From assembly GCA_021768185.1 (NCBI GenBank), contig JAETNP010000027.1, positions 6,511 to 70,510 on the forward strand: a DNA stretch of 64,000 bases, written 5' to 3'. The notes under the pieces are model-generated. The model saw only the letters and a list, made by a program, of their open reading frames with translations. It ran no database searches and was not told the DNA's origin. Below are positions 54,620 through 64,000 of the stretch, one piece after another. Position 1 is the first letter of the stretch. Each line of letters starts with the position of its first letter. Made by a program: the position numbers and the translations under genes. This DNA is from Oscillospiraceae bacterium (GTDB lineage Bacteria > Bacillota > Clostridia > Oscillospirales > Oscillospiraceae).

Positions 54620-55150
54620 TTATTTTACAAAACTCACAAAGTCATCAGGGACCAGTTCATAGTCCACAGACGACTGTAATTGACCAAGCTGGTCCTTCCA
54701 CGCGTTTTCCCGCACGCGAACCTTTCGGAACCCCAGCCGCTCATAGACATGCTGCGCCCGCTTGTTGGCGGTATTGGTATCAAGAATGATCTTCTGAAAA
54801 CCGAGATCGTGAAACAGAGAGGAAATCAACATACTCAGGATGATCTTGCCGAAGCCCTTGTCCTGTTTTGAAGCGTCGCATATTTTGATTCCGATTTCCG
54901 CCGTGCCGCCGCCTGAATTTTCGTACATCATTTCCCCGGCAGGGAGGCCGTCTATTTCAATCATCAGTCTCCGGTGCGTTTCATCCGCGTCCTTTGCGAT
55001 GTCTGCGGCGATCCCCGCCGCCGTCTGGCCGGTGCCATTTGGAAAACCTGCATGGGCCATGATTTTTCCGTCATTCCACCAGGCGGACAGCTGAGCCGCA
55101 TCGGCCGGCCCGGCGGTCCGGATGGTAATATGCTCGTATTGTAAAAACAT
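54620..55150 (-). CDS. GNAT-family N-acetyltransferase
   Basis: Acetyl-CoA motif region [18 protein letters not shown]...[13 protein letters not shown]. Confidence 0.8.
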   Translation of the reverse strand: MFLQYEHITIRTAGPADAAQLSAWWNDGKIMAHAGFPNGTGQTAAGIAADIAKDADETHRRLMIEIDGLPAGEMMYENSGGGTAEIGIKICDASKQDKGFGKIILSMLISSLFHDLGFQKIILDTNTANKRAQHVYERLGFRKVRVRENAWKDQLGQLQSSVDYELVPDDFVSFVK

Positions 55151-55204
55151 GCTTTTATCTTTCTTTGCCGCGCTCCGCGCGGCACGGTAAATTCTTCTTC
55201 AATC

Positions 55205-55658
55205 GGCCCGGGGGCTTCTCGCCCCCGGACTCCTCGCCTACTTTTGCCGCGCGGCAAAAGTAGGCAAAAACGCGCTTAAACCTAGCGGTTTAAGAATCCC
55301 TCATTTATTGATTAGTTTTGCTAACTCCCCGGGGTGGGTAACAGAAGCATCCCCGTTTTACCAGAGGTACTGGCGATGGTGGCAGACTGGTTATAGAAGC
55401 GGCGCCGCAGCAAGCACTCCCGTAAGGACCCGTGGGTAGCCGCAGAAGACCGGCGCACCAACGAAGGATTGTGGGTAGAACCAAACCTAGTACGTCGGAG
55501 GGAAAATAATCACCCCCGTAATGAAGGAGGATTCTCAAGGAACGTAGTTCCTTGAGCGACCTTTTGCTTCTTTTCGTTCGCACGAAAAGAAGGCCCCCGC
55601 CCGGCAGGGCGAATCTATCTGATAGATAGGCGGCGGAGGCGGCGCTGCGCGCCGCAGA
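55205..55658 (-). repeat. copy D of the interspersed repeat (internal ~106-nt module deleted)
   Basis: Same arms and core as copy C, but ATTAGTTTTG is joined directly to CTAACTCCCCGGGGTG at 55320/55321. Confidence 0.85.
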
Positions 55659-56153
55659 TTATTGATTGAACTCCGCGGCTGCCGCCGCGTCGGCGGCAAG
55701 CGCCTTCGCCGCCCCGGCGGCGCGGTGCTCGTCCAGCTTTCCCGCCAGAGCCTCATCCTCTACGGATAAAATCTGCACGGCGAGCAAAGCGGCGTTGACG
55801 GCTCCGTCAATGGCAACAGTGGCGACCGGAATCCCGGAGGGCATTTGTACCGTGGACAGAAGGGCGTCAACGCCGTCGAGTGCGTTGGATTTCAAGGGAA
55901 TACCAATAACAGGCAGCGTGGTCTGGGCCGCCAGCGCGCCGGCCAGATGTGCCGCCATCCCGGCGGCGGCAATCAGCACGCCAAAACCCTTGGCGCGGGC
56001 CTCCCTGGCGAAGGCGGCAGCCTCGCCGGGCGTGCGGTGGGCGGAATATACATGGACCTCATGGGGTACACCAAAGGACGCGAGAGTCTCCGCGGCCTTG
56101 CGGACCACGGGCAGATCGCTGGCGCTGCCCATGACGATACCGACTTTCTTCAT
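55659..56153 (-). CDS. purE: 5-(carboxyamino)imidazole ribonucleotide mutase
   Basis: [14 protein letters not shown] and [14 protein letters not shown] motifs. Start at MKKVG behind GGAGGAACAG. Confidence 0.95.
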   Translation of the reverse strand: MKKVGIVMGSASDLPVVRKAAETLASFGVPHEVHVYSAHRTPGEAAAFAREARAKGFGVLIAAAGMAAHLAGALAAQTTLPVIGIPLKSNALDGVDALLSTVQMPSGIPVATVAIDGAVNAALLAVQILSVEDEALAGKLDEHRAAGAAKALAADAAAAAEFNQ

Positions 56154-56169
56154 TGGCTGTTCCTCCACA

Positions 56170-56280
56170 AAAATGAATATGAGCAGTCCTTTCCTCATAG
56201 AAACGACTGCCCAGACGGACGGCGAAACCTCTCTAACCTGTTTCCCTGTGGTATCCCACAATCCCGTCAGTCGCAGGCAG
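56170..56280 (-). promoter_or_regulatory. ZTP (pfl-motif) riboswitch with terminator-type expression platform, leader of the pur operon
   Basis: The minus-strand RNA reads CCUGCGACUGACGGGAUUGUGGGAUACCACAGGGAAACAGG ... CGCCGUCCGUCUGGGCAG. This matches the remembered ZTP consensus GACUGGCG..GUGGGA.ACCAC.GGG ... CCGCCUGGGCA. The 3' pseudoknot strand overlaps the stem GCAGUC/GACUGC, which is followed by AUAUUCAUUUUU. Confidence 0.65.
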
Positions 56281-56639
56281 ATCTGTTTAATTAAAAACTT
56301 ATCTTAAGGCTAACATTTTCTTTGGGAAAAGACAAGAGATAAACATACAGATTATTTCCTCCTTTCACCCGCCGCCACTGGGTAACTTCAATAAATCGCC
56401 GGGATTTTCCCGGTTGGTCTTGACTTCTTCCGGAAATTATGTAATAGTTTCAATGATAAACTGTTATCAGAGGAAGGAGGCCCCGGCAATGAGGAAAAAC
56501 GCGCTTTCGTCCAACATCGCGCCCGGCGGAAGGGGCTTCCTGTTTCCGTTTGCCCGATATAATTTCCCGGCGTCACGGACCGCTTTGCCGCCCGTGGCCG
56601 CCGGGCTTTTCTTTAATGCAATGCAAAGGAGGAACGCAG

Positions 56640-57737
56640 ATGATCCGACAATTTGACGGCAAGATCGTGCTGGCCGACGGCAGCGAGTATCCCGGCTGCC
56701 GCTTCGGGGCCAGAGGGGACCGGGTGTGCGAGCTGGTGTTCAACACCTCCATGGTGGGCTACCAGGAAATCGTCTCCGACCCGTCCTACACCGGACAGCT
56801 GGTGGTGATGACCTACCCCATCATCGGCAACTACGGCGTGACGGACGAGGATTACGAGACCAAGATCCCCACCATCGGCGGACTGGTGGTCCGGGAGTAC
56901 AACGACATCCCCAGCAACTTCCGCTACACCAAGACCCTCTCGGAAATCCTGGAGGACTATGATATCCCCGCCATCGAGGGCGTGGACACCCGGAAGCTGA
57001 CCCGGGCCATCCGGGACGAGGGCAGCCAGAAGGCCCTGCTGACAGACGCGGACACCCCCCTGGAGGAGGCCCTGGAACGGCTGAACGCTGCCGAACTACG
57101 CTATGACCAGGTCAGCCAGGTCAGCTGCCGCAAGCGCTGGTACGCCCGCACCTCCAACCACCGCTTCACCGTGGTGGCGGTGGACTGCGGCATCAAGCTG
57201 AACATCGTCCGCTCCCTGAACGCCAGGGGGTGCAACGTTACCGTGGTGCCCTACGACACCCCCTACCAGACCATCCTGGACATGGAGCCCGACGGGGTGT
57301 TCCTCTCCAACGGCCCCGGCGACCCGGAGGATGTGAAGCCCGTCATCGAGCTGGTCCGGCAGCTGCGGGGGAAATTCCCCATCTTCGGCATCTGCCTGGG
57401 CCACCAGATGATCGCCCTGGCCTACGGTGGGAAGACCTACAAGCTGAAATTCGGCCACCGGGGCGGCAACCACCCGGTGAAGGATCTCGCCACCGGCAAG
57501 CTGGAAATCACCAGCCAGAACCACTCCTACGCCGTGGACGCGGAGTCCCTCACCAGCACGGGGCTGGAGGTCACCCATATCAACGTGCTGGACAACACGG
57601 TGGAGGGGCTGGCCTGCCCGGCGGATCGCGTATTCTCCGTCCAGTACCACCCCGAGAGCGCCCCCGGCCCCCAGGACAGCGGGTACCTGTTCGACCGGTT
57701 CATTCAGATGATGGAGGAGGAGAAGCGCCATGCCTAA
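56640..57737 (+). CDS. carA: carbamoyl-phosphate synthase small (glutaminase) subunit
   Basis: [15 protein letters not shown] and GICLGHQ catalytic Cys motif. ATG at 56640 behind AGGAGGAA. Confidence 0.95.
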   Translation: MIRQFDGKIVLADGSEYPGCRFGARGDRVCELVFNTSMVGYQEIVSDPSYTGQLVVMTYPIIGNYGVTDEDYETKIPTIGGLVVREYNDIPSNFRYTKTLSEILEDYDIPAIEGVDTRKLTRAIRDEGSQKALLTDADTPLEEALERLNAAELRYDQVSQVSCRKRWYARTSNHRFTVVAVDCGIKLNIVRSLNARGCNVTVVPYDTPYQTILDMEPDGVFLSNGPGDPEDVKPVIELVRQLRGKFPIFGICLGHQMIALAYGGKTYKLKFGHRGGNHPVKDLATGKLEITSQNHSYAVDAESLTSTGLEVTHINVLDNTVEGLACPADRVFSVQYHPESAPGPQDSGYLFDRFIQMMEEEKRHA

Positions 57738-60700
57738 GAGAACGGACTTGAAGAAGATCCTGGTCATCGGCTCCGGCCCCATCGTCATCGGGCAGGCCGC
57801 CGAGTTCGACTACGCCGGCACCCAGGCCTGCCTGGCCCTCCGGGAGGAGGGGTACCAGGTCATCCTCGCCAACTCCAACCCCGCCACCATCATGACCGAC
57901 ACCACCATCGCGGACAAGGTCTACATGGAGCCCCTGACGGTGGAGTATCTGGCGAAGATCCTCCGCTTCGAGCGGCCCGACGCCATCGTCCCCGGCATCG
58001 GGGGGCAGACGGGGCTCAATCTGGCCATGGAGCTGCAAAAGCAGGGCATCCTCGACGAGTGCGGCGTGGAGCTGCTGGGCACCAGCTATGAGAGCATCCG
58101 GCGGGCCGAGGACCGGGAGCTGTTCAAGGAGCTGTGCCTGGAGCTGGGAGAGCCGGTGGTCCCCTCGGAGATCGCCAACAATCTTGAGGAGGCCGTACAG
58201 GCCGCGGCGGATATCGGCTACCCGGTGATCCTCCGGCCCGCCTTCACCCTGGGCGGCACCGGCGGCGGCTTCGCCGGGAACGAGGACGAGCTGCGGGAGA
58301 TGATGAAGCACGCCCTGGAGCTGTCCCCCGTCCATCAAGTGCTCATCGAGAAGAGCATCAAGGGTTATAAAGAGATCGAGTACGAGGTCATGCGGGACGC
58401 CAACGATACCGCCATCACCGTCTGCAACATGGAGAACATTGACCCCGTGGGCATCCACACCGGCGACTCTATCGTGGTGGCCCCCAGCCAGACCCTCACC
58501 AACAAAGAGTACCACCTTCTCCGGGACAGCGCCCTGAAGCTCATCCGGGCATTGAAGATCGAGGGCGGGTGCAACGTCCAGTTCGCCCTGGACCCCCAGT
58601 CCTTCCAGTATTACGTCATCGAGGTCAACCCCCGGGTATCCCGGTCCTCCGCCCTGGCCAGTAAGGCCAGCGGGTATCCCATCGCCCGGGTGTCCGCCAA
58701 GATCTCCGTGGGGATGCGCCTGGAGGAGATAAGGCTTGCCAACACCCCCGCCTGCTTCGAGCCCGCCCTGGACTACGTGGTGACGAAGATGCCCCGGTTC
58801 CCCTTCGACAAGTTCGGCTCCGCCAGCAACCGGCTGTCCACCCAGATGAAGGCCACCGGCGAGGTCATGGCCGTGGGCCGGACCCTGCAGGAGAGCATCC
58901 TCAAGGCCGTCCGCTCCCTGGAGGGCGGGGTGAGCCACATCTACATGGAGAAGTTCAACGACTACACCGACAAGGCGCTGCTGGACTACATCCAGCTGGG
59001 CACCGACGACCGGATCTTCGCCATCGCCGAGCTCATGAGCCGGGGCGCCGACCTGGGGCAGATCTGCACCGCCACCCAGATCGACATGCTGTTTCTGGAC
59101 AAGATCTGCAACATCGTCCACTACGAGGAGGAGATCAAGGCCAGGCCCTGGGATACGGACATGCTCCGCCGGGCCAAGCGCCGGGGCTTCTCCGACAAGG
59201 CCATCGCCTGGCTGTGGAAATGCACCGAGCGGGAGGTCTACGACAAGCGCTGCGAGCTGGGCATTTTCCCGGTGTACAAGATGATCGACACCTGCGCCAG
59301 CGAGTTCGACAGCTACGTGCCCTACTTCTACTCCACCTACGAGGACGAGAACGAGTCGGTGGTGTCGCCCCACAAGAAAATCATCGTCCTGGGCTCCGGC
59401 CCCATCCGCATCGGGCAGGGGGTGGAGTTCGACTACTCTACCGTCCACGCCGTCCAGACCATCAAGAAGAGCGGCTATGACGCCATCATCATCAACAACA
59501 ACCCGGAGACCGTCTCCACCGACTACACCTGCTCCGACAAGCTGTACTTTGAGCCCCTGACGGTGGAGGACGTGATGAACGTCATCCACCTGGAGAAGCC
59601 CGTGGGCGTCATCGCCTCCCTGGGCGGCCAGACGGCCATCAACCTGGCCCAGCCCCTCCGGGACCACGGGGTGACCATCATCGGCACGGACTGCGAGGCC
59701 ATCGAGCGGGCGGAGGACCGGAAGATTTTCGAGCAGGTCCTCCACGAGCTGGACATCCCCCAGCCCCGGGGCGAGGCCGTCACCAACCTGGAGGACGGCG
59801 TAAGGGCCGCCAGGGAGATCGGCTACCCGGTGCTGGTGCGGCCCTCCTTCGTGCTGGGCGGCCGGGCCATGGAGATCGTGGCCAACGAGGAGATGCTGCG
59901 CCGCTACCTGAAGACCGCCGTGGAGGTGGACGAGTCCAAGCCGGTGCTGGTGGACAAGTACATCATCGGCAAGGAGGTGGAGGTGGACGCCATCTGCGAC
60001 GGAACGGACGTGTTCGTCCCCGGCGTCATGGAGCTGGTGGAGCGCACCGGCGTCCACTCCGGCGACTCCGTCAGCGTATACCCCACCTTCTCCATCTCTC
60101 CGGAGGTGAAGGAGGTCATCCTGGACTACACCAAAAAACTGGGACTGGGCATCGGCATCGTGGGGCTGTACAACATCCAGTTCATTGTGGACCGGGAGGA
60201 GAAGGTCTACATCATCGAAGTCAATCCCCGGTCCTCCCGGACGGTGCCCTTCCTCTCCAAGGCCACCGGATACTCCCTGGCGGACATCGCCACCAAGGTC
60301 ATCCTGGGGGAGAGCCTCCGGGACCAGGGCATCACCGAGCTGTACCCGCCCGAGAAGAAGCGGTGGTACTGCAAGGTGCCCGTGTTCTCCTTCAGCAAGC
60401 TCAGCGGCCTGGACGCCTACCTGTCCCCGGAGATGAAATCCACCGGCGAGGCCATCGGCTACGACGACCGCCTGCCCTACGCCCTCTACAAGGCCATGCA
60501 GGCCGCCGGGATGAACCTCCAGGACCACGGGACGGTGCTGCTGAGCATCTGCCGGGAGGACCTGGAGGAGGCCCTGCCCCTGGTGGAGCGGTTCTACCGC
60601 CTGGGCTTCAACATCGAGGCCACCACGGGCACGGCCAATTACCTGAAAGAACACGGCATCCGCACCCGGCGCAAGCGGGACTACACCGAGGACCCCAGGG

Positions 60701-60912
60701 ACATCACCGAGGCCATGCGCAGCGGCAAGGTGGCCTATCTGGTCAACACCCGGGACCCCAGCTCGGCGGAGCATGTGAATGCCGGGTTCGAGATGCGCAG
60801 GCTGGCTATCGAGAACAGCGTCACCACCTTCACCTCCCTGGACACGGTCAGCGCCCTGCTGGACGTGCTGGAGGCAATTTCCAGCCGGATCTCCACCATC
60901 GACGCGCAGTGA
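57730..60912 (+). CDS. carB: carbamoyl-phosphate synthase large subunit
   Basis: 1060 aa with duplicated ATP-grasp halves ([21 protein letters not shown] and [19 protein letters not shown]) and a C-terminal MGS-like domain. Confidence 0.95.
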   Translation: MPKRTDLKKILVIGSGPIVIGQAAEFDYAGTQACLALREEGYQVILANSNPATIMTDTTIADKVYMEPLTVEYLAKILRFERPDAIVPGIGGQTGLNLAMELQKQGILDECGVELLGTSYESIRRAEDRELFKELCLELGEPVVPSEIANNLEEAVQAAADIGYPVILRPAFTLGGTGGGFAGNEDELREMMKHALELSPVHQVLIEKSIKGYKEIEYEVMRDANDTAITVCNMENIDPVGIHTGDSIVVAPSQTLTNKEYHLLRDSALKLIRALKIEGGCNVQFALDPQSFQYYVIEVNPRVSRSSALASKASGYPIARVSAKISVGMRLEEIRLANTPACFEPALDYVVTKMPRFPFDKFGSASNRLSTQMKATGEVMAVGRTLQESILKAVRSLEGGVSHIYMEKFNDYTDKALLDYIQLGTDDRIFAIAELMSRGADLGQICTATQIDMLFLDKICNIVHYEEEIKARPWDTDMLRRAKRRGFSDKAIAWLWKCTEREVYDKRCELGIFPVYKMIDTCASEFDSYVPYFYSTYEDENESVVSPHKKIIVLGSGPIRIGQGVEFDYSTVHAVQTIKKSGYDAIIINNNPETVSTDYTCSDKLYFEPLTVEDVMNVIHLEKPVGVIASLGGQTAINLAQPLRDHGVTIIGTDCEAIERAEDRKIFEQVLHELDIPQPRGEAVTNLEDGVRAAREIGYPVLVRPSFVLGGRAMEIVANEEMLRRYLKTAVEVDESKPVLVDKYIIGKEVEVDAICDGTDVFVPGVMELVERTGVHSGDSVSVYPTFSISPEVKEVILDYTKKLGLGIGIVGLYNIQFIVDREEKVYIIEVNPRSSRTVPFLSKATGYSLADIATKVILGESLRDQGITELYPPEKKRWYCKVPVFSFSKLSGLDAYLSPEMKSTGEAIGYDDRLPYALYKAMQAAGMNLQDHGTVLLSICREDLEEALPLVERFYRLGFNIEATTGTANYLKEHGIRTRRKRDYTEDPRDITEAMRSGKVAYLVNTRDPSSAEHVNAGFEMRRLAIENSVTTFTSLDTVSALLDVLEAISSRISTIDAQ

Positions 60913-61030
60913 CAAAAGTTTTTTCAGATTTTAGACTTTTGTAACAAACTGTGCTGGTTTTGTTAACAACCTTCGGGTATCCTTAATCTTGCAAGTGACA
61001 AGACTTCTTTTTCATCTGATCCTCCAAACC

Positions 61031-61073
61031 ATAGATAAAACCCGGAAGCGAACAGCTTCCGGGTTTTATCTAT
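61031..61073. terminator. bidirectional terminator between carB and rubrerythrin
   Basis: ATAGATAAAACCCGGAAGC-GAACA-GCTTCCGGGTTTTATCTAT, a hairpin flanked by A-run and T-run. Confidence 0.7.
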
Positions 61074-61085
61074 GCCGCGGCGTTT

Positions 61086-61622
61086 TTAATAGTTTTCCGC
61101 GCAGATCTCAAAGTAGGACTGGGGATGGGCGCAGGTGGGGCAGATCGCCGGGGCCTTCTCGCCCACGATGATGTGGCCGCAGTTCCGGCACTCCCAGACC
61201 TTGACCTCGCTCTTTTTGAAGACCTCCTGGGCCTCCACGTTCCGCAGCAGGGCGCGGTAGCGCTCCTCATGGTGCTTCTCGATGGCCGCCACCAGGCGGA
61301 ACTTCGCCGCCAGCTCGGGGAAGCCCTCCTTCTCCGCGGTCTCGGCGAAACCGGCGTACATGTCGGTCCACTCGTAGTTCTCCCCGGCGGCGGCTGCGGC
61401 CAGATTCTCGGCGGTGGAGCCGATGCCTCCCAGCTCCTTGAACCACATCTCGGCGTGCTCCTTCTCGTTGTCCGCCGTCTTCAGGAACAGGGCCGCGATC
61501 TGCTCGAAGCCCTCCTTCTTGGCCTTGGATGCGAAGTATGTATACTTGTTCCGCGCCTGGGACTCGCCGGCGAAGGCGGCCTCCAGGTTCTTTTCCGTCT
61601 GGGTCCCTGCGTATTTGTTCAT
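61086..61622 (-). CDS. rbr: rubrerythrin
   Basis: [30 protein letters not shown], and C-terminal CRNCGH...CPTC. Start at MNKYAG. Confidence 0.9.
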   Translation of the reverse strand: MNKYAGTQTEKNLEAAFAGESQARNKYTYFASKAKKEGFEQIAALFLKTADNEKEHAEMWFKELGGIGSTAENLAAAAAGENYEWTDMYAGFAETAEKEGFPELAAKFRLVAAIEKHHEERYRALLRNVEAQEVFKKSEVKVWECRNCGHIIVGEKAPAICPTCAHPQSYFEICAENY

Positions 61623-61654
61623 AGCATTGATCGTCCTTTCTGTATTTTTATATT

Positions 61655-61694
61655 CCAACATACTGCGGGGCTCCAGGAGCCCCGCAGTATGTTT
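61655..61694. terminator. long perfect hairpin between the SDR gene and rubrerythrin (terminator or operator)
   Basis: CATACTGCGGGGCTCC-A-GGAGCCCCGCAGTATG, 16-bp arms. Confidence 0.4.
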
Positions 61695-61842
61695 GGAACC
61701 ACTGAGATGCACCGGTCTGCACGCCCTCACCAAGCTGCCATTTATCGTTACCGGGCAGTGATCTGAGAGGCGCTGCAAGCCCAGGCCCTAAGGACCGTCA
61801 TTGGGCTTCGCCCAACGACCGGTCCGGCGGCGCACGCGCCGC

Positions 61843-62580
61843 CTAGGTCATTGCCGCGCCGTCCACCCGGAGGGTGACGCCGGTGACGTAGGAGGCCATG
61901 TCGCTGGCCAGGAACAGGTAGGCGTTGGCGATGTCCACCGGCTCGCCCACCCGGCCCAGGGGGATGCCGGCGGAAATGCGCTCCACCATCTCCTTGGGCA
62001 GGGCCTCCACCATGTCGGTCTTGGTGACGCCGGGCGCTACGGCGTTGACGCGGATTTGGTCCTTCGCCAGCTCCCGGGCCAGGGAACGGGTCAGGCCGTT
62101 CACGGCGAATTTGGTGGCGGGGTAGCCGCACCCGGCGGGCTGGCCGTACTCGGCCACCATGGAGCTGGTGTTGATGATCACGCCGCCCCCCTGGGGCTTC
62201 ATGATCCGGGCCGCCGCCTGGGAGCAGACGAAGACCCCTTTCAGGTTGACGTCCAGGATCTTGGAAAACTCCTCAATGGTGTAGTCGTAGAGGCTGGTGC
62301 GGGAGGAAATGCCGGCGTTATTGGCCAGGATGTCCAGGCTGCCGTAGCGCTCCTTCACGGAGGCAAAAGCGGCCGCCACCGCCTCCGGGTCGCAGAGGTC
62401 GGGCCAGATGCCCATGACGCGGTCCCCGTATTCCGCGAGCTCCGCCAGGGCCTTGTCCACCGTCTCCTTCCGGGAGCCCGCCACGGCTACATTGGCCCCG
62501 TTCTCCAGGTATTTCTTCGCAATGGCCAGGCCGATGCCCCGGGTGCCGCCGGTCACGACGGCTGTCTTGTTCTTTAACAT
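61843..62580 (-). CDS. short-chain dehydrogenase/reductase (FabG-like)
   Basis: TGGTRGIG cofactor motif and YPATK (YxxxK) catalytic motif. Confidence 0.85.
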   Translation of the reverse strand: MLKNKTAVVTGGTRGIGLAIAKKYLENGANVAVAGSRKETVDKALAELAEYGDRVMGIWPDLCDPEAVAAAFASVKERYGSLDILANNAGISSRTSLYDYTIEEFSKILDVNLKGVFVCSQAAARIMKPQGGGVIINTSSMVAEYGQPAGCGYPATKFAVNGLTRSLARELAKDQIRVNAVAPGVTKTDMVEALPKEMVERISAGIPLGRVGEPVDIANAYLFLASDMASYVTGVTLRVDGAAMT

Positions 62581-62664
62581 ATGCGCACCCCTTCTTCATT
62601 TTAATATGATTTAATTGTTCCCCGCAGAGCAAAGAATCTGCGGACAGCAGTTAAATGCCAAACT

Positions 62665-64000
62665 TTACTGCTTCAGCTCCACCACCGTAACGCCGTCCTC
62701 TCCCTCGCCGTACCGGCCCAGGCGGAAGGACTTCACCGACGGGTGGCGCTTGAGCTGCTGGTGGACCGCCTTGCGCAGGGCCCCGGTGCCCTTGCCGTGG
62801 ATGATGGTGACGATGTTCAGCTTGCCCATGACGGCGTTGTCCAGAAAACGCTCCACCTGGAGGTCCGCCTCGTCGGTCATGAGGCCCCGGATGTCCAGCT
62901 CGTTCACCGCCGCCCTGGCCCCCGCCAGGCGGACGGTGGCCGCGGCACGTTTCTTGGCCTCCCGCTTGGCCAGAGTCTCCGCGTCCTCGATGAGCCGCAC
63001 CTCCCCCGCCTTCACCGTCAGCTTCATGTTCCCCGCCAGCAGCTGGAGCTTGTCGCCGTTCACGGCGGTGACCACCGCCTGCTTCTTCGTGCCGCCCAGC
63101 TCCACCAGGTCCCCCTCCCGGATGGGACGGCTGGGAGCGGGGATGGGCTCCTTCTCCTCCTCGAAGTGGAGCTCCTCCTCCATCTGGTTCAGCTTTCCCC
63201 GGATGGCGGCCCGGGCGTCGTTGACATTCTGCCAGGAGGCGTTTTTCTCCTGCTGCCTGCGCAGCTCCGCCAGCTCCTCAAAGATGGCGTCCGCCTGGGC
63301 CCGCGCCTCCCGGACGATGCGCCGGGCCTCGGCCTCGCCCCGGGTGCGGGCGTTCTCCTTGGCCCGCTCCATCTGCTCCCGGAACTCGTGGGCCCGCTTT
63401 GCGTCCGCCTCCCGCTGGGAGCGGAGGCGCTCGGCCTCGGTCTGGTCCTTCTCCAGCCGCTGGCGCTTCTCCTCCAACTGGGTCAGCACGTCCTCGAAGC
63501 GGATGGATTCGCTGTCCATCTGGGCCTTGGCGGTCTCGATCACCGCCGGGTCCAGGCCCAGCCGCTGGGAGATGGCGAAGGCGTTGGACTTGCCGGGGAT
63601 GCCGATGAGCAATTTATAGGTGGGCCGCAGGGTCTCCACATCGAATTCGCAGCTGGCGTTCTCAACACCCGGAGTAGTCATGGCGAAGGTTTTCAACTCC
63701 GCGTAATGGGTGGTGGCGGCAATCTTGCCGCCCTTCTCCCGGACGTGCTGGATGATGGCGATGGCCAGGGCCGCGCCCTCCACGGGGTCCGTACCCGCCC
63801 CCAGCTCGTCAAAGAGGATGAGGCTGTGGCTGTCCGCCTCCTCCAGAATTTTGACGATGTTCACCATGTGGGCGGAGAAGGTGGACAGGCTCTGCTCGAT
63901 GCTCTGCTCGTCGCCGATGTCCGCCAGCACCCGGTCGAACACGCTCACCGCGCTTTGATCGTCCGCCGGGATGTGCAGGCCGCACTGGGCCATGAGGGTC
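62665..64000 (-). CDS. mutS2: endonuclease MutS2 (C-terminal part; N-terminus outside the window)
   Basis: MutS ATPase end (LILFDELGAGTDPVEGAALA), a coiled-coil, and a C-terminal Smr domain (LDIRGLMTDEA ... IIHGKGTGALRKAV). The ORF is open at the window edge. Confidence 0.9.
   Translation of the reverse strand, partial: TLMAQCGLHIPADDQSAVSVFDRVLADIGDEQSIEQSLSTFSAHMVNIVKILEEADSHSLILFDELGAGTDPVEGAALAIAIIQHVREKGGKIAATTHYAELKTFAMTTPGVENASCEFDVETLRPTYKLLIGIPGKSNAFAISQRLGLDPAVIETAKAQMDSESIRFEDVLTQLEEKRQRLEKDQTEAERLRSQREADAKRAHEFREQMERAKENARTRGEAEARRIVREARAQADAIFEELAELRRQQEKNASWQNVNDARAAIRGKLNQMEEELHFEEEKEPIPAPSRPIREGDLVELGGTKKQAVVTAVNGDKLQLLAGNMKLTVKAGEVRLIEDAETLAKREAKKRAAATVRLAGARAAVNELDIRGLMTDEADLQVERFLDNAVMGKLNIVTIIHGKGTGALRKAVHQQLKRHPSVKSFRLGRYGEGEDGVTVVELKQ

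Noticed and set aside
56160-56300. Expected a guanine/adenine (purine) riboswitch upstream of purE.
   Set aside because: The leader lacks the UAUAAU...GUUUCUACC...CCGUAAA purine-aptamer boxes. It matches the ZTP/pfl pattern instead.
1-64000. Looked for CRISPR arrays, rRNA and tRNA genes.
   Set aside because: There are no short direct repeats with regular spacers, no rRNA-like conserved stretches and no cloverleaf candidates. The only repeats are the large dispersed elements described above.

Overview
This window looks like high-GC Firmicutes (Clostridia-type) chromosome. The inference rests on the dprA-topA-trmFO synteny plus plsX, rqcH and mini-RNase III. Most of it is housekeeping.

Gene content, left to right:
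- 1-6.7 kb: a glycan-utilisation-like cluster with a six-hairpin protein, a beta-helix protein and three URO-D/MtaA-like paralogues.
- 6.7-7.6 kb: an AT-rich scar carrying a decayed tyrosine-integrase gene.
- 7.6-11.2 kb: ychF followed by a string of tightly overlapping small genes.
- 11.3-14.3 kb: a NahK-like sugar kinase, a nucleotidyltransferase and an AraC regulator.
- 20.2-26 kb: a GntR regulator, a 930-aa FeS flavoprotein, hypA, hypB and a membrane protein.
- 27.7-34.8 kb: dprA (apparently frameshifted), topA, trmFO and plsX.
- 36.4-41 kb: rqcH, mrnC, a cation antiporter, csp and mntR.
- 41.2-56.3 kb, minus strand: a 12-gene pur operon running purE ... purL, behind a probable ZTP riboswitch.
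- 56.6-64 kb: carAB, rubrerythrin, an SDR oxidoreductase and a partial mutS2.

Two things stand out.
1. At 15.46-19.92 kb there is a minus-strand, three-gene cassette that looks lower in GC by eye. It encodes an ABC/OLD-type ATPase fused to a class-I SAM-methyltransferase fold, a translationally coupled 114-aa protein, and a 751-aa SAMHD1-like HD phosphohydrolase with a large unassigned C-terminal region. I read it as a candidate uncharacterised anti-phage defence system.
2. A roughly 0.45-0.6 kb hairpin-rich repeat family with about 100-nt imperfect terminal inverted repeats occurs five times. Three copies sit between cistrons of the pur operon. It could be MITE-like or a structured RNA.

No rRNA, tRNA or CRISPR array was seen. 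The many long antisense ORFs are high-GC artefacts.
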